Below, in pieces: positions 1 through 9,705 of a stretch of 63,270 nt of DNA. The notes below the pieces were generated by a model, which worked only from the letters and a program-made list of their open reading frames with translations, was not told where the DNA came from and made no database searches. The stretch comes from Calditrichia bacterium (GTDB taxonomy: Bacteria; Calditrichota; Calditrichia; RBG-13-44-9). The DNA is taken from the NCBI GenBank assembly GCA_037381445.1, contig JARRQT010000004.1:1-63270 (forward strand), in the 5' to 3' direction. Positions within the stretch are counted from its first letter, which is position 1. The number at the start of each line of letters is the position of its first letter. The position numbers and the translations under genes were made by a program.

Positions 1-522
1 GGCCAGAATGACGGGCAGGGCGATCAGAAAAGTGGTTTGCGGGGTGCCGAGGCTGTTCATCAGCAGAATGGAAAGCACTACGCCCAGACCGGCGCCCAGC
101 AGGTCCGCCATATAGAGTTTGGGCATTTCCCGGCTGTTATTGCGGAAAAGGTAGGCCAGCACGATACCGCCGGTGAAGTAGGCGGCGCTGAGCAGCAGCA
201 CCATAAGCAGCAGTTTCCCGATCATCAGCGGGCTGCTGAAGAGGATTGAGAAATTCGGTTTGATCCAGAAAACCGCCTGCGGCCCGAACAGTGTGAAGAA
301 TCCGGTGAGCGACAGCAGAATTCCCGGCATCCTTTCATTGTTCAGCCGCGGAAACAGGCGCAGCGCCAGGGCCCCCAGACCCAGCCCGAGAATGGCCAGG
401 GAGAGCACCAGGAATGCAAAAGTGTAAAAAAATTCAGCGGAAAAAATACGGGTCCAGGCCAGTTCCAGTCCGATCAGCGTCATGGAGAGCAGGAAAATGA
501 CCACAAAACGTAAACCTTTCAT
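1..522 (-). CDS. Polytopic membrane protein, N-terminal part only (C-terminus runs off the left edge). Resembles the membrane domain of spermidine-synthase-like fusion proteins.
   Basis: Absent from the ORF track because it is truncated. Hand translation of the minus strand gives ATG at 522-520, then 174 sense codons with no stop down to position 1 (MKGLRFVVIFLLSMTLIGLELAWTRIFSAEFFYTFAFLVLSLAILGLGLGALALRLF...). It has several hydrophobic helices, and the ELxWxRxF motif is typical of that family. The product name is tentative. Confidence 0.55.
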   Translation of the reverse strand, partial: MKGLRFVVIFLLSMTLIGLELAWTRIFSAEFFYTFAFLVLSLAILGLGLGALALRLFPRLNNERMPGILLSLTGFFTLFGPQAVFWIKPNFSILFSSPLMIGKLLLMVLLLSAAYFTGGIVLAYLFRNNSREMPKLYMADLLGAGLGVVLSILLMNSLGTPQTTFLIALPVILA

Positions 523-707
523 CGAATATCCCTTTTCTTTTTCTGTTAGCGATTCATGTGCCGGACTGATTTCTATCCCTCAGTCCCTTCCATCCGCACA
601 CCACAGGAAATTGTCATCGGCCATTACGTACGGCCCCATTCGATGAATTGTTACGTGAAAAAAATATTTTTCCTGCTGCCCCTGAAACCTGCGCCGGCTT
701 GCTGAAC

Positions 708-1307
708 TTATTGCGGTTCGGTGAAAGACGGTTCCGTGGGCTCGACGACCTCGTAATCCCGCTCCCATCCTTCATTCTGCAGAACCAGTGTTTCCGTGGC
801 GATAGCACTGCTGTTGGCATCCAGCGGACCCAGAGCGCTGTAACGGGAAGGCCAGCAGCGGTAAACCTTAAAGGCCATGACCAGCTGCCCGGCTTCGTTA
901 TAAAGTTCAACAATGATGTCTTTGCGGAAGTCCTTCAGGGATGCCTCGCTTCCCAGGCCGCTTCCCAAATTCCACACTTTGTTTGCCCATTGTTCGAAAG
1001 CCGTGTCGTGGGTGCGGCCCCTTTGCAGCACAAGCGGCTCAAAAGTGGTCCGTCCCGGCATCATCCGGATATTACTCGGTTCACCGCCCTGGCGGTTTTC
1101 CACGACTTCCGTGTTTCTGTTTAATCCGCTCACTTTTATGATTCCGGGAACATAGCGCCCGTCCCATTTGACCCGGAATTTGAACTGTTTATAGGGGTCG
1201 AAGCGTTGGGGATTCACGGTAAATTCACTGGCGTTGTTCAATGAAAGACTGGCGAAAATAAAGCCGCTGAAAATAAACACTGCCAATAAAATTGATTTTC
1301 GGTTCAT
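708..1307 (-). CDS. Exported phage-tail-tube-like protein (T4 gp19 / TIGR02241 'phage tail region protein' family), paralog 1
   Basis: 199-aa ORF with an AGGAGGA RBS just upstream of ATG 1307. The N-terminus is signal-peptide-like (MNRKSILLAVFIFSGFIFASLSL). The core FKFRVKWDGRYVPGIIKVSGL..TEVVENRQGG..FEPLVLQRG..FEQWANKVW..RKDIIVELYNEAGQLVMAFKVYRCWPSRY fits the tail-tube family consensus as I remember it. Confidence 0.75.
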   Translation of the reverse strand: MNRKSILLAVFIFSGFIFASLSLNNASEFTVNPQRFDPYKQFKFRVKWDGRYVPGIIKVSGLNRNTEVVENRQGGEPSNIRMMPGRTTFEPLVLQRGRTHDTAFEQWANKVWNLGSGLGSEASLKDFRKDIIVELYNEAGQLVMAFKVYRCWPSRYSALGPLDANSSAIATETLVLQNEGWERDYEVVEPTEPSFTEPQ

Positions 1308-1535
1308 AACATCCTCCTGAAAATTTTAGTCTGCTTGATTTATTTGAATCTCATACGAAACTGCCGCCCTTTCAGAAATTCCTGAGTGGGCAGAAGCCTT
1401 CAAATCAGTTCGAGACTGGAGTTGGCAAAAATTCTTCTTTAACGAAGATCAGAAAATCAGTGCGCCCCTCCCGCCTTTTTAGCCATCACCCTTATCAAAG
1501 GTGGAATGTCAAGGCGGGAAAATGATTTGATGGTT

Positions 1536-2117
1536 CTATCTGATGCTATAGTCTCTTTCCCAGCCTTCATGCTCGAGAACTAGTTTCTCGGTGGCCAGGG
1601 ATTCCTTGTCATCCGCATCCAGGGCAGAAAGCGCCTCATATTCAGAAGGCCAGCATCGGTAAACCTTAAAAGCCATCAGGACCCTGCCATCCTTCGTGGC
1701 CAGCTCAATGATAATGTTCTTCCGGAAATCTCTCAAAGAGACTTCCGCTCCCAGACCGGAGCCGAAATTCCACACTTTATTGGCCCATTGCTCAAAGGCG
1801 GTGTCGGAAGAGCGCGGCCTTTCGATGACGATCGGCTGATACTCGGTGAGGCCGGGAGATTTTCGCTGAAGGCTGGGATCGCCGCCGGTCCGGTTGGTTA
1901 TCACCTCTGTTTTGCGTTTCAGGCCGCTGACTTTTTTGATGCCGGGAATGATCCGTCCGTCCCACTTCACCCGGAATATGATTTCCACATCCTGATGCTT
2001 CCTGTCTGTCTCCTTTTGATAGGCCTGGCTGCCTTTCCGCAAATCCTGGGCATGGAGCCCGGCGCTCATCATAAAAAACAGAACAGCAACTGAAAGAATG
2101 CACAGCAGTTTCTTCAT
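1536..2117 (-). CDS. Exported phage-tail-tube-like protein (gp19 / TIGR02241 family), paralog 2
   Basis: The track ORF is 1536..2189. I place the start at ATG 2117 (MKKLLCILSVAVLFFMMSAGLHA/QD) because a GGAGG RBS precedes it and it gives a classical Sec signal with an AxA-like site. The mature part aligns along its whole length with paralog 1 (IFRVKWDGRIIPGIKKVSGL..FEQWANKVWNFGSGLG..MAFKVYRCWPSEY..EGWERDY). Confidence 0.75.
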   Translation of the reverse strand: MKKLLCILSVAVLFFMMSAGLHAQDLRKGSQAYQKETDRKHQDVEIIFRVKWDGRIIPGIKKVSGLKRKTEVITNRTGGDPSLQRKSPGLTEYQPIVIERPRSSDTAFEQWANKVWNFGSGLGAEVSLRDFRKNIIIELATKDGRVLMAFKVYRCWPSEYEALSALDADDKESLATEKLVLEHEGWERDYSIR

Positions 2118-2516
2118 GCGAACCTCCATATTTTTAACAGTTAATCCGATTTTATAAAGCAGATAGAAAAGATAATTCAAAACTAACAAAATGAATGCAG
2201 ATAAAAAATAGTTCGTTTAATAAGAAGTTGATTCCTTGATCTGTCCTGTGGCATTACTCCGGCTATTTTCGGATGAAATCAATCCCTTTTTCTTTCAAAT
2301 GAAGCAGACAAACTTTGATAAATGCTGAATATTGTTGAATAAAATTTAACACAATTACTCACCATTCAAAACCAAAAAAGTGAAAATATGCCGCGAAATA
2401 ATCCGTTTTAGAAATTGGACGGCCGGGAATTCCAGAACTTATTCAGAACTGAAAAGTAAAATTTTAGCTATTAAATCCGGGAAACAAGAAATCAGGAGAA
2501 GAGAGGAGGTTCTGTT

Positions 2517-2963
2517 ATGAACATGATGGATTATGGATATCACAATCCGTGGGCAGATGTGGACCTTGTCCGCAGGGAAATGAAAAACTTGTTCGAGAGC
2601 CTTTACGAAGACATTCCCCGCGAAAGACGCCGCGTATACCCGCCGGTGAATATTTATACCAAAGGACAGTCGGTAATTGTCATGGCGGAATTACCGGGTA
2701 TTGATCCGGCAGGCATTCACATTTTTGTTTCGGACGACACTCTGGAAATTACCGGCACACGCGGTGAACGGGAGCTCCGCAGCGGAGAAGCGTTCCACCG
2801 CCAGGAGCGCCGGGTCGGGGAATTCCGAAGGGCCATCCGGCTGCCTTTCATGGTGGACAGCGAGCGGGTAGAGGCGAAATACAAAAACGGGATTATCCGC
2901 ATCAGCCTGTCCCGCCTGGAAAGCGCCGGGCGGAAGAAAATTGAAATCAAGACAAATCTCTAA
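2517..2963 (+). CDS. Hsp20/alpha-crystallin family small heat-shock protein
   Basis: 148 aa with a GAGAGGAGG RBS. The alpha-crystallin domain is recognisable (PPVNIYTKGQSVIVMAELPGIDPAGIHIFVSDDTLEITGTR...FRRAIRLPFMVDSERVEAKYKNGIIRISL). Confidence 0.9.
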   Translation: MNMMDYGYHNPWADVDLVRREMKNLFESLYEDIPRERRRVYPPVNIYTKGQSVIVMAELPGIDPAGIHIFVSDDTLEITGTRGERELRSGEAFHRQERRVGEFRRAIRLPFMVDSERVEAKYKNGIIRISLSRLESAGRKKIEIKTNL

Positions 2964-2980
2964 AAAGAAGGAAAGCAGCG

Positions 2981-3379
2981 ATGCCAGATAAAAATCAGCA
3001 TATACGGCGCCGGGAAGCCGCGCGGGACGGTTATGCCGGCGATTTGCAGAGGGGCTTTGTACCGCCGGCCGATATCCTGGAGGCGAGGGAAAAATTGGAG
3101 ATTGTGCTGGACCTGCCTGGTGCGGACGAGCATTCCATTCATGTTTCTCTGGAGAACAACATTCTCACGGTGGAAGCGGATGTAAAGCCGGAGTCCCCGG
3201 AAGGGTATGAACTGGTCCATTCGGAGTACAATATCGGCAATTTTCAGCGCTCCTTCACGGTTGGCAATGCGATCGATCCCAATCATATTGAGGCGCATTT
3301 CAGCAACGGTGTTCTGAAACTGACGCTTCCTAAAACAGGTCATTCGCAACCCAGGGAGATCAAAGTAGCGACGGATTAG
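2981..3379 (+). CDS. Hsp20/alpha-crystallin family small heat-shock protein (second copy, tandem)
   Basis: 132 aa, starting 18 nt after the first hsp20. Motifs: PPADILEAREKLEIVLDLPGADEHSIHVSLENNILTVEA...FQRSFTVGNAIDPNHIEAHFSNGVLKLTLPK. Confidence 0.88.
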   Translation: MPDKNQHIRRREAARDGYAGDLQRGFVPPADILEAREKLEIVLDLPGADEHSIHVSLENNILTVEADVKPESPEGYELVHSEYNIGNFQRSFTVGNAIDPNHIEAHFSNGVLKLTLPKTGHSQPREIKVATD

Positions 3380-3695
3380 ATGAAGACCAGTACAAAAACG
3401 TGTGTTGTTTTCAATCTCCGACGCAAAATGGAATTCCGCAGAAAATAGCCGGCAAAATCACGCTCCGGTTCAGTTGCCGGTTCATGAATTCTCCCTTAAT
3501 GGCCAGGCTGTTTTTAGTCAACGAGAAGAGATGTTTCATGCATCGTGCTCTATTAAATATCGTCGACTGAATTCGGGAGTTCATTCAAATCAGGATGGAT
3601 CTGACTGTAAATTGCGGTTCGGAATCGGCGAAGGGAAGTAGGAAGGAAGCAGCCGGAAAAAGTCGGGTTTGCCGGAATCGTTGCAGATGGCGCAG

Positions 3696-3741
3696 AATAA
3701 AAATACCGGACAGCCCGCAGGTCTGCCGAGGCGGTCCGGTA
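3696..3741 (-). terminator. Probable intrinsic terminator downstream of the C69 peptidase gene
   Basis: TACCGGAC (3704-3711) pairs with GTCCGGTA (3734-3741). On the minus-strand RNA the stem is followed by UAUUUUUAUU (complement of 3696-3703). The loop is long (22 nt), so confidence is moderate. Confidence 0.55.
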
Positions 3742-3873
3742 ATCTGAAAAGACGGTTTTAATGGCCAGGCAAAATTATTAATTGCCTCGGAAAATGCTGC
3801 GCCACACTAAGTTCGTGAACCGGTTATTCAAGAAATGCAATAGACATTTCCGCACCGCTTCCGCCGCAATCAT

Positions 3874-5514
3874 TTAGTGACTCTCCTTTTCATCCTCCAG
3901 TTTTTTCATCTTAAAATGATCCCCGGTATCCTTCACGATGGTGCGGTACCAGGAATCCGGATACCCGGGATGGGTGACGCGTCCGAATTCGTCCTTCACA
4001 TTGCCATCCAGGTATTTATAGATGAGAAACTCACCCAGTTTTTTCCAGCGGCGGGTCACGGAATCCCCCAGCGCGGTGCTGTATTTCGTGAGATAATCGC
4101 GGGCCAGTTGGGGTGCGCTGCTGTAGAGCGCCTGCGCCGCCTTGTCGATTTCGGGTTGTTCGGCCAGGAATTTTGCCTCCAGTTCAGCCTGCACCTTCTG
4201 AATATCTTTGATCATATCGCTGTAACGGGAATAGGCATAGTTGGACACGAAGTTGAAAACCCAGAAAGCGGAATCCCAGGAAAATTCATCAAAGGAGCCG
4301 GTACCCACCGCGTAGCTTTTCGGGACCCGCTGGATTCCGCAATACATGGGAGTGTAAACCGTGCTGTAGGTATCGTCCAGCCCGAACCAGAATACGCCGC
4401 CGATGGGATTAGGCAGCCAGGAGCGGGATTGGGCGATGAATGAATAGCCGGTTTGCTGGGTGGAGGTCGCCCGCTCATTGCAATATTCCACGCTGTCTAC
4501 TTTCCAGGTAAGGGGCCGCCACCGGTAGGGCAGGGCATAGGGGCCGGTGCCCACGTCTTTGGTCATATCAAAATAGGTGCCTTCGAAATGATCGCGCATC
4601 AGGTTCATGACATCATGAACCGAAAGCTTTTTGTCCGGTTTGATCCACAACGGCATGGGCTCCGCACCCTTTTCGCCCTTCACATAATCGATGGAGAGAT
4701 TCAGGGATGGTGCCGCGCGGCGGAAAAAACTCCATACCCGGGCTTCGCAAAAACGCAGCGCGCCGTAATCCGGCGGGGCATAGGCATCTGCAAAACTGAA
4801 CTCCTCGTCTTTGCCGTCGAAATATCCTTTTTCCCAGGCAAAGGAAATCACATCCGGGGAATACAGGCAGTTCTCTTTGTCGTGAAGCGGAAACCGGCGG
4901 ATGCGGGATTGATTGGCGTGGGCGCAGATGTAGCCGTCCGGCACCCGGCGGGCTACCCACACGGCACCCTTATTTCCCGGACCCTTCCCGATCATTTCCA
5001 TGATCCAGACTTCATTGGGATCGGAAATCGAGAAGGATTCTCCCTCACTGCAGTAGCCGTATTCCGCGGCGAGACCGGTCATCACCCGGATTGCTTCCCG
5101 GGCGGTTTTGGCGCGCTGCAGGGCAATGAAGATCATGCTGCCGTAATCCATTATGGCCGTAGTGTCAACCAGCTCTTCCCGGCCGCCGTAAGTTGTCTCG
5201 CCGATTGCCACCTGATACTCGTTCATATTGCCGACCACCGAATAGGTGAATTCCGCTTCTTTGATCTGGCCGAGATATTTGCCAGTGTCCCATTCATAAA
5301 TGTCGCGCATGCTGCCGAGCTGATGGTGGGCGGCAGGGAAGTAGTATAGTTCCCCATAAAGTTCGTGGGAGTCCACGGCGTAGGATATCATGGTCGAGCC
5401 GTCCTGTGTGGCGCCTTTGGAAATCAAAAAATTCGTGCAGCTTTTCGCTGGCAGATAAGTCATCAATAATATCCCGATCATGAGAGAAAAGAACCTGTAA
5501 ATATTATTTTTCAT
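3874..5514 (-). CDS. C69-family dipeptidase (secreted/periplasmic)
   Basis: The track ORF extends to 5619. I prefer ATG 5514 (MKNNIYRFFSLMIGILLMTYLPAKS/C) because a GGAGA RBS precedes it. The signal peptide ends at the Cys of CTNFLISKGATQDGS, which is the N-terminal nucleophile arrangement typical of peptidase C69. Confidence 0.85.
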   Translation of the reverse strand: MKNNIYRFFSLMIGILLMTYLPAKSCTNFLISKGATQDGSTMISYAVDSHELYGELYYFPAAHHQLGSMRDIYEWDTGKYLGQIKEAEFTYSVVGNMNEYQVAIGETTYGGREELVDTTAIMDYGSMIFIALQRAKTAREAIRVMTGLAAEYGYCSEGESFSISDPNEVWIMEMIGKGPGNKGAVWVARRVPDGYICAHANQSRIRRFPLHDKENCLYSPDVISFAWEKGYFDGKDEEFSFADAYAPPDYGALRFCEARVWSFFRRAAPSLNLSIDYVKGEKGAEPMPLWIKPDKKLSVHDVMNLMRDHFEGTYFDMTKDVGTGPYALPYRWRPLTWKVDSVEYCNERATSTQQTGYSFIAQSRSWLPNPIGGVFWFGLDDTYSTVYTPMYCGIQRVPKSYAVGTGSFDEFSWDSAFWVFNFVSNYAYSRYSDMIKDIQKVQAELEAKFLAEQPEIDKAAQALYSSAPQLARDYLTKYSTALGDSVTRRWKKLGEFLIYKYLDGNVKDEFGRVTHPGYPDSWYRTIVKDTGDHFKMKKLEDEKESH

Positions 5515-5897
5515 GTGATGCTGTCTCCTTCCTGACTGGTTCTGAATGTTTGCAAATAGGATCTGATTCTGGCAGCCGATAAGAGTCTGCTGCGGTAAAA
5601 ATGGACAAAAGATTCTCAAACCGGATGGTCATTTTAGGGAATTCAATTCCGGAAAAAAAGAGAAAAGCAAAAAAATGGCGGCAAGACAGTTCCGGAAAAT
5701 GGCCTTCTCATTGCGGATAAACAAAACTGCACACGCTGGTGGTCATATTTTACACAGTTTTCGTCTGCAAGACTGTTCTGTGCCCCTGAAATTTTTTAGA
5801 TATTCAGGGCGGCATCAATCATTTCTATGTTTGGCACAATATGTGTCTTATATTTACGTCCTGTGCAGGGATGAGAAAAATATAAGGAGAATTTGAT

Positions 5898-6689
5898 ATG
5901 CGTTACACGAAAGTGTTGTTGATGTTTGGATTTATTGCATTCTTTATTTTAAATGGATGCCAGAAGGATACTTCTTCCACAGCAGCGAGTTCTTCCGAAA
6001 ACGGAACCCTGAAAATATTGCTGACTGACGCGCCTGCGTCGTATGACGCGGTGAATATTACGTTTTCGGAAATCGCCGCCAATATCGATTCAAACTGGGT
6101 GGTGGTAAAATCGGAACCCCAAACAGTGAATCTGCTGGAATGGAATAACGGAAAGTCCATCGTTTTGGGGGACGCGCAGATACCTGCGGGACATTATATG
6201 CAGATACGGCTGATGATAGACAGCGCGGAAGTTGTGGTCGACGGCAAATCCTGGCCGCTGACAGTGCCCAGCGGCGCGCAGACCGGACTCAAGATGGGAC
6301 CGGATTTTGTCGTGGAACCGGGTTCAACCTATGAACTGGTAATCGATTTTGACGTGCAGCGCTCCATTGTTGTGACCGGTCCGCGCTGGAATCCGCACGG
6401 CTATAAATTGAAACCCCATCTCCGGGTCGTTCCTAAAGCCATTACCGGCTCCATCTCCGGAAATATAACCAATCCGCAGGATGGGCCTTACGCCTACGCG
6501 ATACAGAACGATGATACCCTGGCATCAACCATGGTGGATACCCTCAGCGGTAATTTTATGCTGGCCTATTTGCAGGCGGGATATTACACGGTGTCGATCA
6601 GGGATACGGCGGACCGCAGCTTTACGCAGGACAGCGTGGAAGTAACCACCGGTAAGGATAAGAATATCGGATCGGTCACGCTTCAGTAA
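5898..6689 (+). CDS. DUF4382 domain lipoprotein
   Basis: AAGGAG RBS and a lipobox (FFILNG/C). LKILLTDAPASYDAVNITFSEI...LPAGHYMQIRLMI...PSGAQTGLKMGPDF...IDFDVQRSI fits the DUF4382 pattern. Confidence 0.7.
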   Translation: MRYTKVLLMFGFIAFFILNGCQKDTSSTAASSSENGTLKILLTDAPASYDAVNITFSEIAANIDSNWVVVKSEPQTVNLLEWNNGKSIVLGDAQIPAGHYMQIRLMIDSAEVVVDGKSWPLTVPSGAQTGLKMGPDFVVEPGSTYELVIDFDVQRSIVVTGPRWNPHGYKLKPHLRVVPKAITGSISGNITNPQDGPYAYAIQNDDTLASTMVDTLSGNFMLAYLQAGYYTVSIRDTADRSFTQDSVEVTTGKDKNIGSVTLQ

Positions 6690-6713
6690 GAAATGTGTAC
6701 CTCGAAAGAAAAG

Positions 6714-6751
6714 GCCTCCTTCCCTCTCATCCGGGGAGGAGGTTTTTTTGT
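6714..6751 (+). terminator. Rho-independent terminator after the DUF4382 gene
   Basis: CCTCCTTCCC (6716-6725) pairs with GGGGAGGAGG (6734-6743) in a 10-bp stem with one G-U pair. The loop is 8 nt and is followed by T7 (6744-6750). Confidence 0.85.
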
Positions 6752-6924
6752 CTCCCTGCCCTCCCCAAAAAGGACTACATGGGCTTCGCCTTCCTTTTGA
6801 TTTCCAAAAAATTTTACCCGGATCCTATTTCCCCGCCAGTTTATCATGGTTTGTCTGAAAATCTCTCTCTATATTTCTTCATATTTCAGTTTTTGCCAGA
6901 AAATTGTTTTTCGCGGAGAAAGTC

Positions 6925-9561
6925 ATGAAAGCCGAAAAAAATCGTCTGAAGCAGGCCGAGGAAGGAAAAGCCGCCTGGGGAAAATGGGGTCCTTATCTCA
7001 CTGAACGGCAATGGGGCACTGTGAGGGAAGATTACAGTCCCAATGGCACCGCGTGGGATTATATCACCCACGATATGGCGCGGAGCAAAGCCTATCGCTG
7101 GGGGGAAGACGGCATTGGCGGACTGAGCGATGACCGGCAGTTTCTCTGCTTTTCTCTGGCCTTGTGGAACGGCCGGGATCCCATCCTGAAGGAACGGCTG
7201 TTCGGGCTTTCCGGCGATGAGGGAAATCATGGCGAGGATGTTAAGGAAATCTATTATTATCTGGACAGCACGCCTACCCACAGCTATCTGAAAATGCTTT
7301 ACAAATATCCGCAGGCGGCCTTTCCCTATGATCTGCTGGTGGAGGAAAACCGGCGGCGCGGGCGCAATCAGCCCGAATTTGAGCTGATCGATACCGGTGT
7401 TTTTGATGAGGACCGCTATTTTGACGTTTTTATGGAATATGCCAAAGCGGACCCGGAAGACATTCTCATCCGGATCACCGCCTTCAATCGCGGGCCGGAG
7501 GCAGCCGTGCTGCATCTGCTGCCCCTGATCTGGTTCCGGAATACCTGGACCCCGGGATTGATGAAGGAAAGACCGCTTATAAAACCGGAGGGAAAGGGAG
7601 TCCTCCGGCTGCAGCACCCGCATCTGGGTGATCGTTGGCTTTATTTCCGGGAAAACCCGGAGTTATTGTTTTGCGATAATGAGACCAATGGACGCCGTCT
7701 GTACGGGCAGACGGGCCTGAAAGGCTATTTCAAGGACGAGTTTCATGAATATGTTGTAAAGGGTGACGTGAATGCTGTCAATCCGGAGAAAAACGGAACG
7801 CGTGCCTCCCTGCATTATAATTTCACCCTGCCGGCCGGGGGCTCGTTTGAAATACAATTGCGGCTGTGCGACAAAGAAATTTCGCAGCCCTTCGGCGGCT
7901 TTTCCAGATTGTTCGCGCAGCGGAAAAAAGAGGCGGATGATTTTTACGCCGACCTGCAGGCCGGGCTCAGTGATGAGGATATGCGGAACGTTCAGCGGCA
8001 GGCTTTCGCCGGAATGCTCTGGTCCAAACAGTTTTATGATTACGATGTGACCCGCTGGCTGGAGGGGGACCCGCCACTGCCGCAGCCGCCTCCGCAGCGC
8101 TGGAAGGGCCGCAACCGCGAATGGCTGCATCTCAAAAATGCGGACATCATTTCCATGCCGGACAAATGGGAATATCCCTGGTACGCTGCCTGGGATTCCG
8201 CCTTCCATTGCCTCGCGTTTTCCCTGATCGATCCCGCCTATGCCAAAGACCAGCTACTGCTGTTCATTCATGAATGGTACATGCATCCCAACGGCCAGCT
8301 TCCCGCCTATGAATGGGCTTTCGGGGATGTCAATCCGCCGGTGCATGCCTGGGCGGCCTGGCGGGTATACAAGATCGATAAAAAGCACAACGGCAACAAG
8401 GGCGATCTGGATTTTCTGGAGCGTGTCTTTCATAAACTGCTGCTCAATTTTACCTGGTGGGTGAACCGGAAGGATGAGGAGAACCGCAATATTTTTCAGG
8501 GCGGGTTTTTGGGGCTGGATAATATCGGGCTCTTCGACCGCAGCAAGCCGCTTCCCACGGGCGGGCATATCGAACAGTCCGATGGTACCAGCTGGATGGC
8601 GATGTACTGTCTGAACCTGATGCGGATTGCCCTGGAACTGGCCTATGTAAATCCGGTCTACCAGGACCTTGCCACAAAATTTTTTGAACACTTTCTATAT
8701 ATCGCAAAAGCCATGTTCCATTTCAGCACCGACGGAATTTCCCTGTGGGATGAGCAGGATGAATTCTACTACGATGTGCTTCACCTCCCGGACGGCAATC
8801 ACATTCCCCTGCGCATCCGGTCCATGGTGGGTCTGATACCGCTGTTTGCCGTCGAGACCCTGGAGCCGGAACTGCTGGCGCATGTCCCGGAATTCAAAAA
8901 ACGCATGGAATGGTTTCTGGCTCACAAACCGGAAATGGCCAGTCTGGTATCCCATTGGCACGAAGCCGGATCCGGCGATCGCCGACTACTCTCCCTGCTG
9001 CGCGGCCACCGCATGAAAAAACTGTTATACCGCATGCTGGACGAAAACGAGTTTCTTTCCGATTACGGTATCCGGGCGCTTTCCCGCTACCACCAGGCGC
9101 ACCCCTACAATTTTTATCATAACGGGGAGACGTTTTCGGTTTCCTACCAGCCGGCCGAATCGGACAGCAATCTTTTCGGAGGGAATTCAAACTGGCGAGG
9201 GCCCATCTGGTTTCCGGTTAATTTTCTGCTGATTGAATCCCTGCAGAAATTCCATCATTATTACGGTGATGATTTCAAGATTGAATATCCCACCGGCTCG
9301 GGAAAGTACATCACCATTGAAGAAGTCTCCATTGAACTTACCGGCCGGCTGTGCAGAATTTTTTTGAGGGATGGAAACGGCCGGCGGCCCGTTTTTGGAG
9401 GTTATCACAAGATGCAGGAAGACCCGCACTTCCGGGATTACCTGCTCTTTCATGAATATTTCCACGGTGATAACGGGGCGGGACTGGGCGCCTCCCACCA
9501 GACCGGCTGGACGGGGCTGGTGGCAAAACTGCTTCATCCCAGGGAACCGGAACACCATTAG
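6925..9561 (+). CDS. GH63-like / MGH1-like glycoside hydrolase ('glucosidase')
   Basis: The track ORF starts at 6904. ATG 6925 has a GGAGAAAG RBS. The N-terminus [49 protein letters not shown] plus the large (alpha/alpha)6-type C-terminal region is typical of this roughly 880-aa family. Confidence 0.8.
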   Translation: MKAEKNRLKQAEEGKAAWGKWGPYLTERQWGTVREDYSPNGTAWDYITHDMARSKAYRWGEDGIGGLSDDRQFLCFSLALWNGRDPILKERLFGLSGDEGNHGEDVKEIYYYLDSTPTHSYLKMLYKYPQAAFPYDLLVEENRRRGRNQPEFELIDTGVFDEDRYFDVFMEYAKADPEDILIRITAFNRGPEAAVLHLLPLIWFRNTWTPGLMKERPLIKPEGKGVLRLQHPHLGDRWLYFRENPELLFCDNETNGRRLYGQTGLKGYFKDEFHEYVVKGDVNAVNPEKNGTRASLHYNFTLPAGGSFEIQLRLCDKEISQPFGGFSRLFAQRKKEADDFYADLQAGLSDEDMRNVQRQAFAGMLWSKQFYDYDVTRWLEGDPPLPQPPPQRWKGRNREWLHLKNADIISMPDKWEYPWYAAWDSAFHCLAFSLIDPAYAKDQLLLFIHEWYMHPNGQLPAYEWAFGDVNPPVHAWAAWRVYKIDKKHNGNKGDLDFLERVFHKLLLNFTWWVNRKDEENRNIFQGGFLGLDNIGLFDRSKPLPTGGHIEQSDGTSWMAMYCLNLMRIALELAYVNPVYQDLATKFFEHFLYIAKAMFHFSTDGISLWDEQDEFYYDVLHLPDGNHIPLRIRSMVGLIPLFAVETLEPELLAHVPEFKKRMEWFLAHKPEMASLVSHWHEAGSGDRRLLSLLRGHRMKKLLYRMLDENEFLSDYGIRALSRYHQAHPYNFYHNGETFSVSYQPAESDSNLFGGNSNWRGPIWFPVNFLLIESLQKFHHYYGDDFKIEYPTGSGKYITIEEVSIELTGRLCRIFLRDGNGRRPVFGGYHKMQEDPHFRDYLLFHEYFHGDNGAGLGASHQTGWTGLVAKLLHPREPEHH

Positions 9562-9641
9562 CAATTTTTTGATGCGGCGGTTCTGCGTGAAAGGTCCAGG
9601 CTATTGTCATGCGAAAGAGATTCCCGGCAGCCTTTATAAAT

Positions 9642-9672
9642 GGAAACCTCCCTATAAAATAAAGGAGGTTTC
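9642..9672. terminator. Hairpin between convergent genes (possible bidirectional terminator)
   Basis: GGAAACCTCC (9642-9651) pairs with GGAGGTTTC (9664-9672) in a 9-bp stem. The loop is AT-rich, and the T-tracts are weak on both strands. Confidence 0.45.
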
Positions 9673-9705
9673 TCTGCATTTGATCAGAAAATGATCGGCC
9701 AGGCG

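Noticed and set aside
3402-3641. A 79-aa plus-strand ORF in the 494-bp gap between hsp20-2 and the C69 peptidase gene.
   Set aside because: It has no RBS, an odd composition, no motif and a non-ATG start context. The region more plausibly holds only the terminator hairpin at 3704-3741.
3640-3700. A 14-nt match (GGAAGGAAGCAGCC at about 3641-3654) to the most conserved stretch of bacterial SRP (4.5S) RNA. Downstream there is GCCGGAAUCG..GCAGAUGG, which is vaguely reminiscent of the 3' strand.
   Set aside because: The upstream sequence provides no complementary 5' strand. There is no UCC before the GGAA tetraloop and no CCAGG/GUGCUGUU motif, so the helix-8 hairpin cannot form. It is most likely a chance purine-rich match.
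5832-5847. A sigma-54-like element, TGGCAC-N5-GTGTC, upstream of the DUF4382 gene.
   Set aside because: The -12 element lacks the conserved TTGC(A/T) core, and no enhancer-binding protein gene is nearby. A single imperfect hit is not enough.
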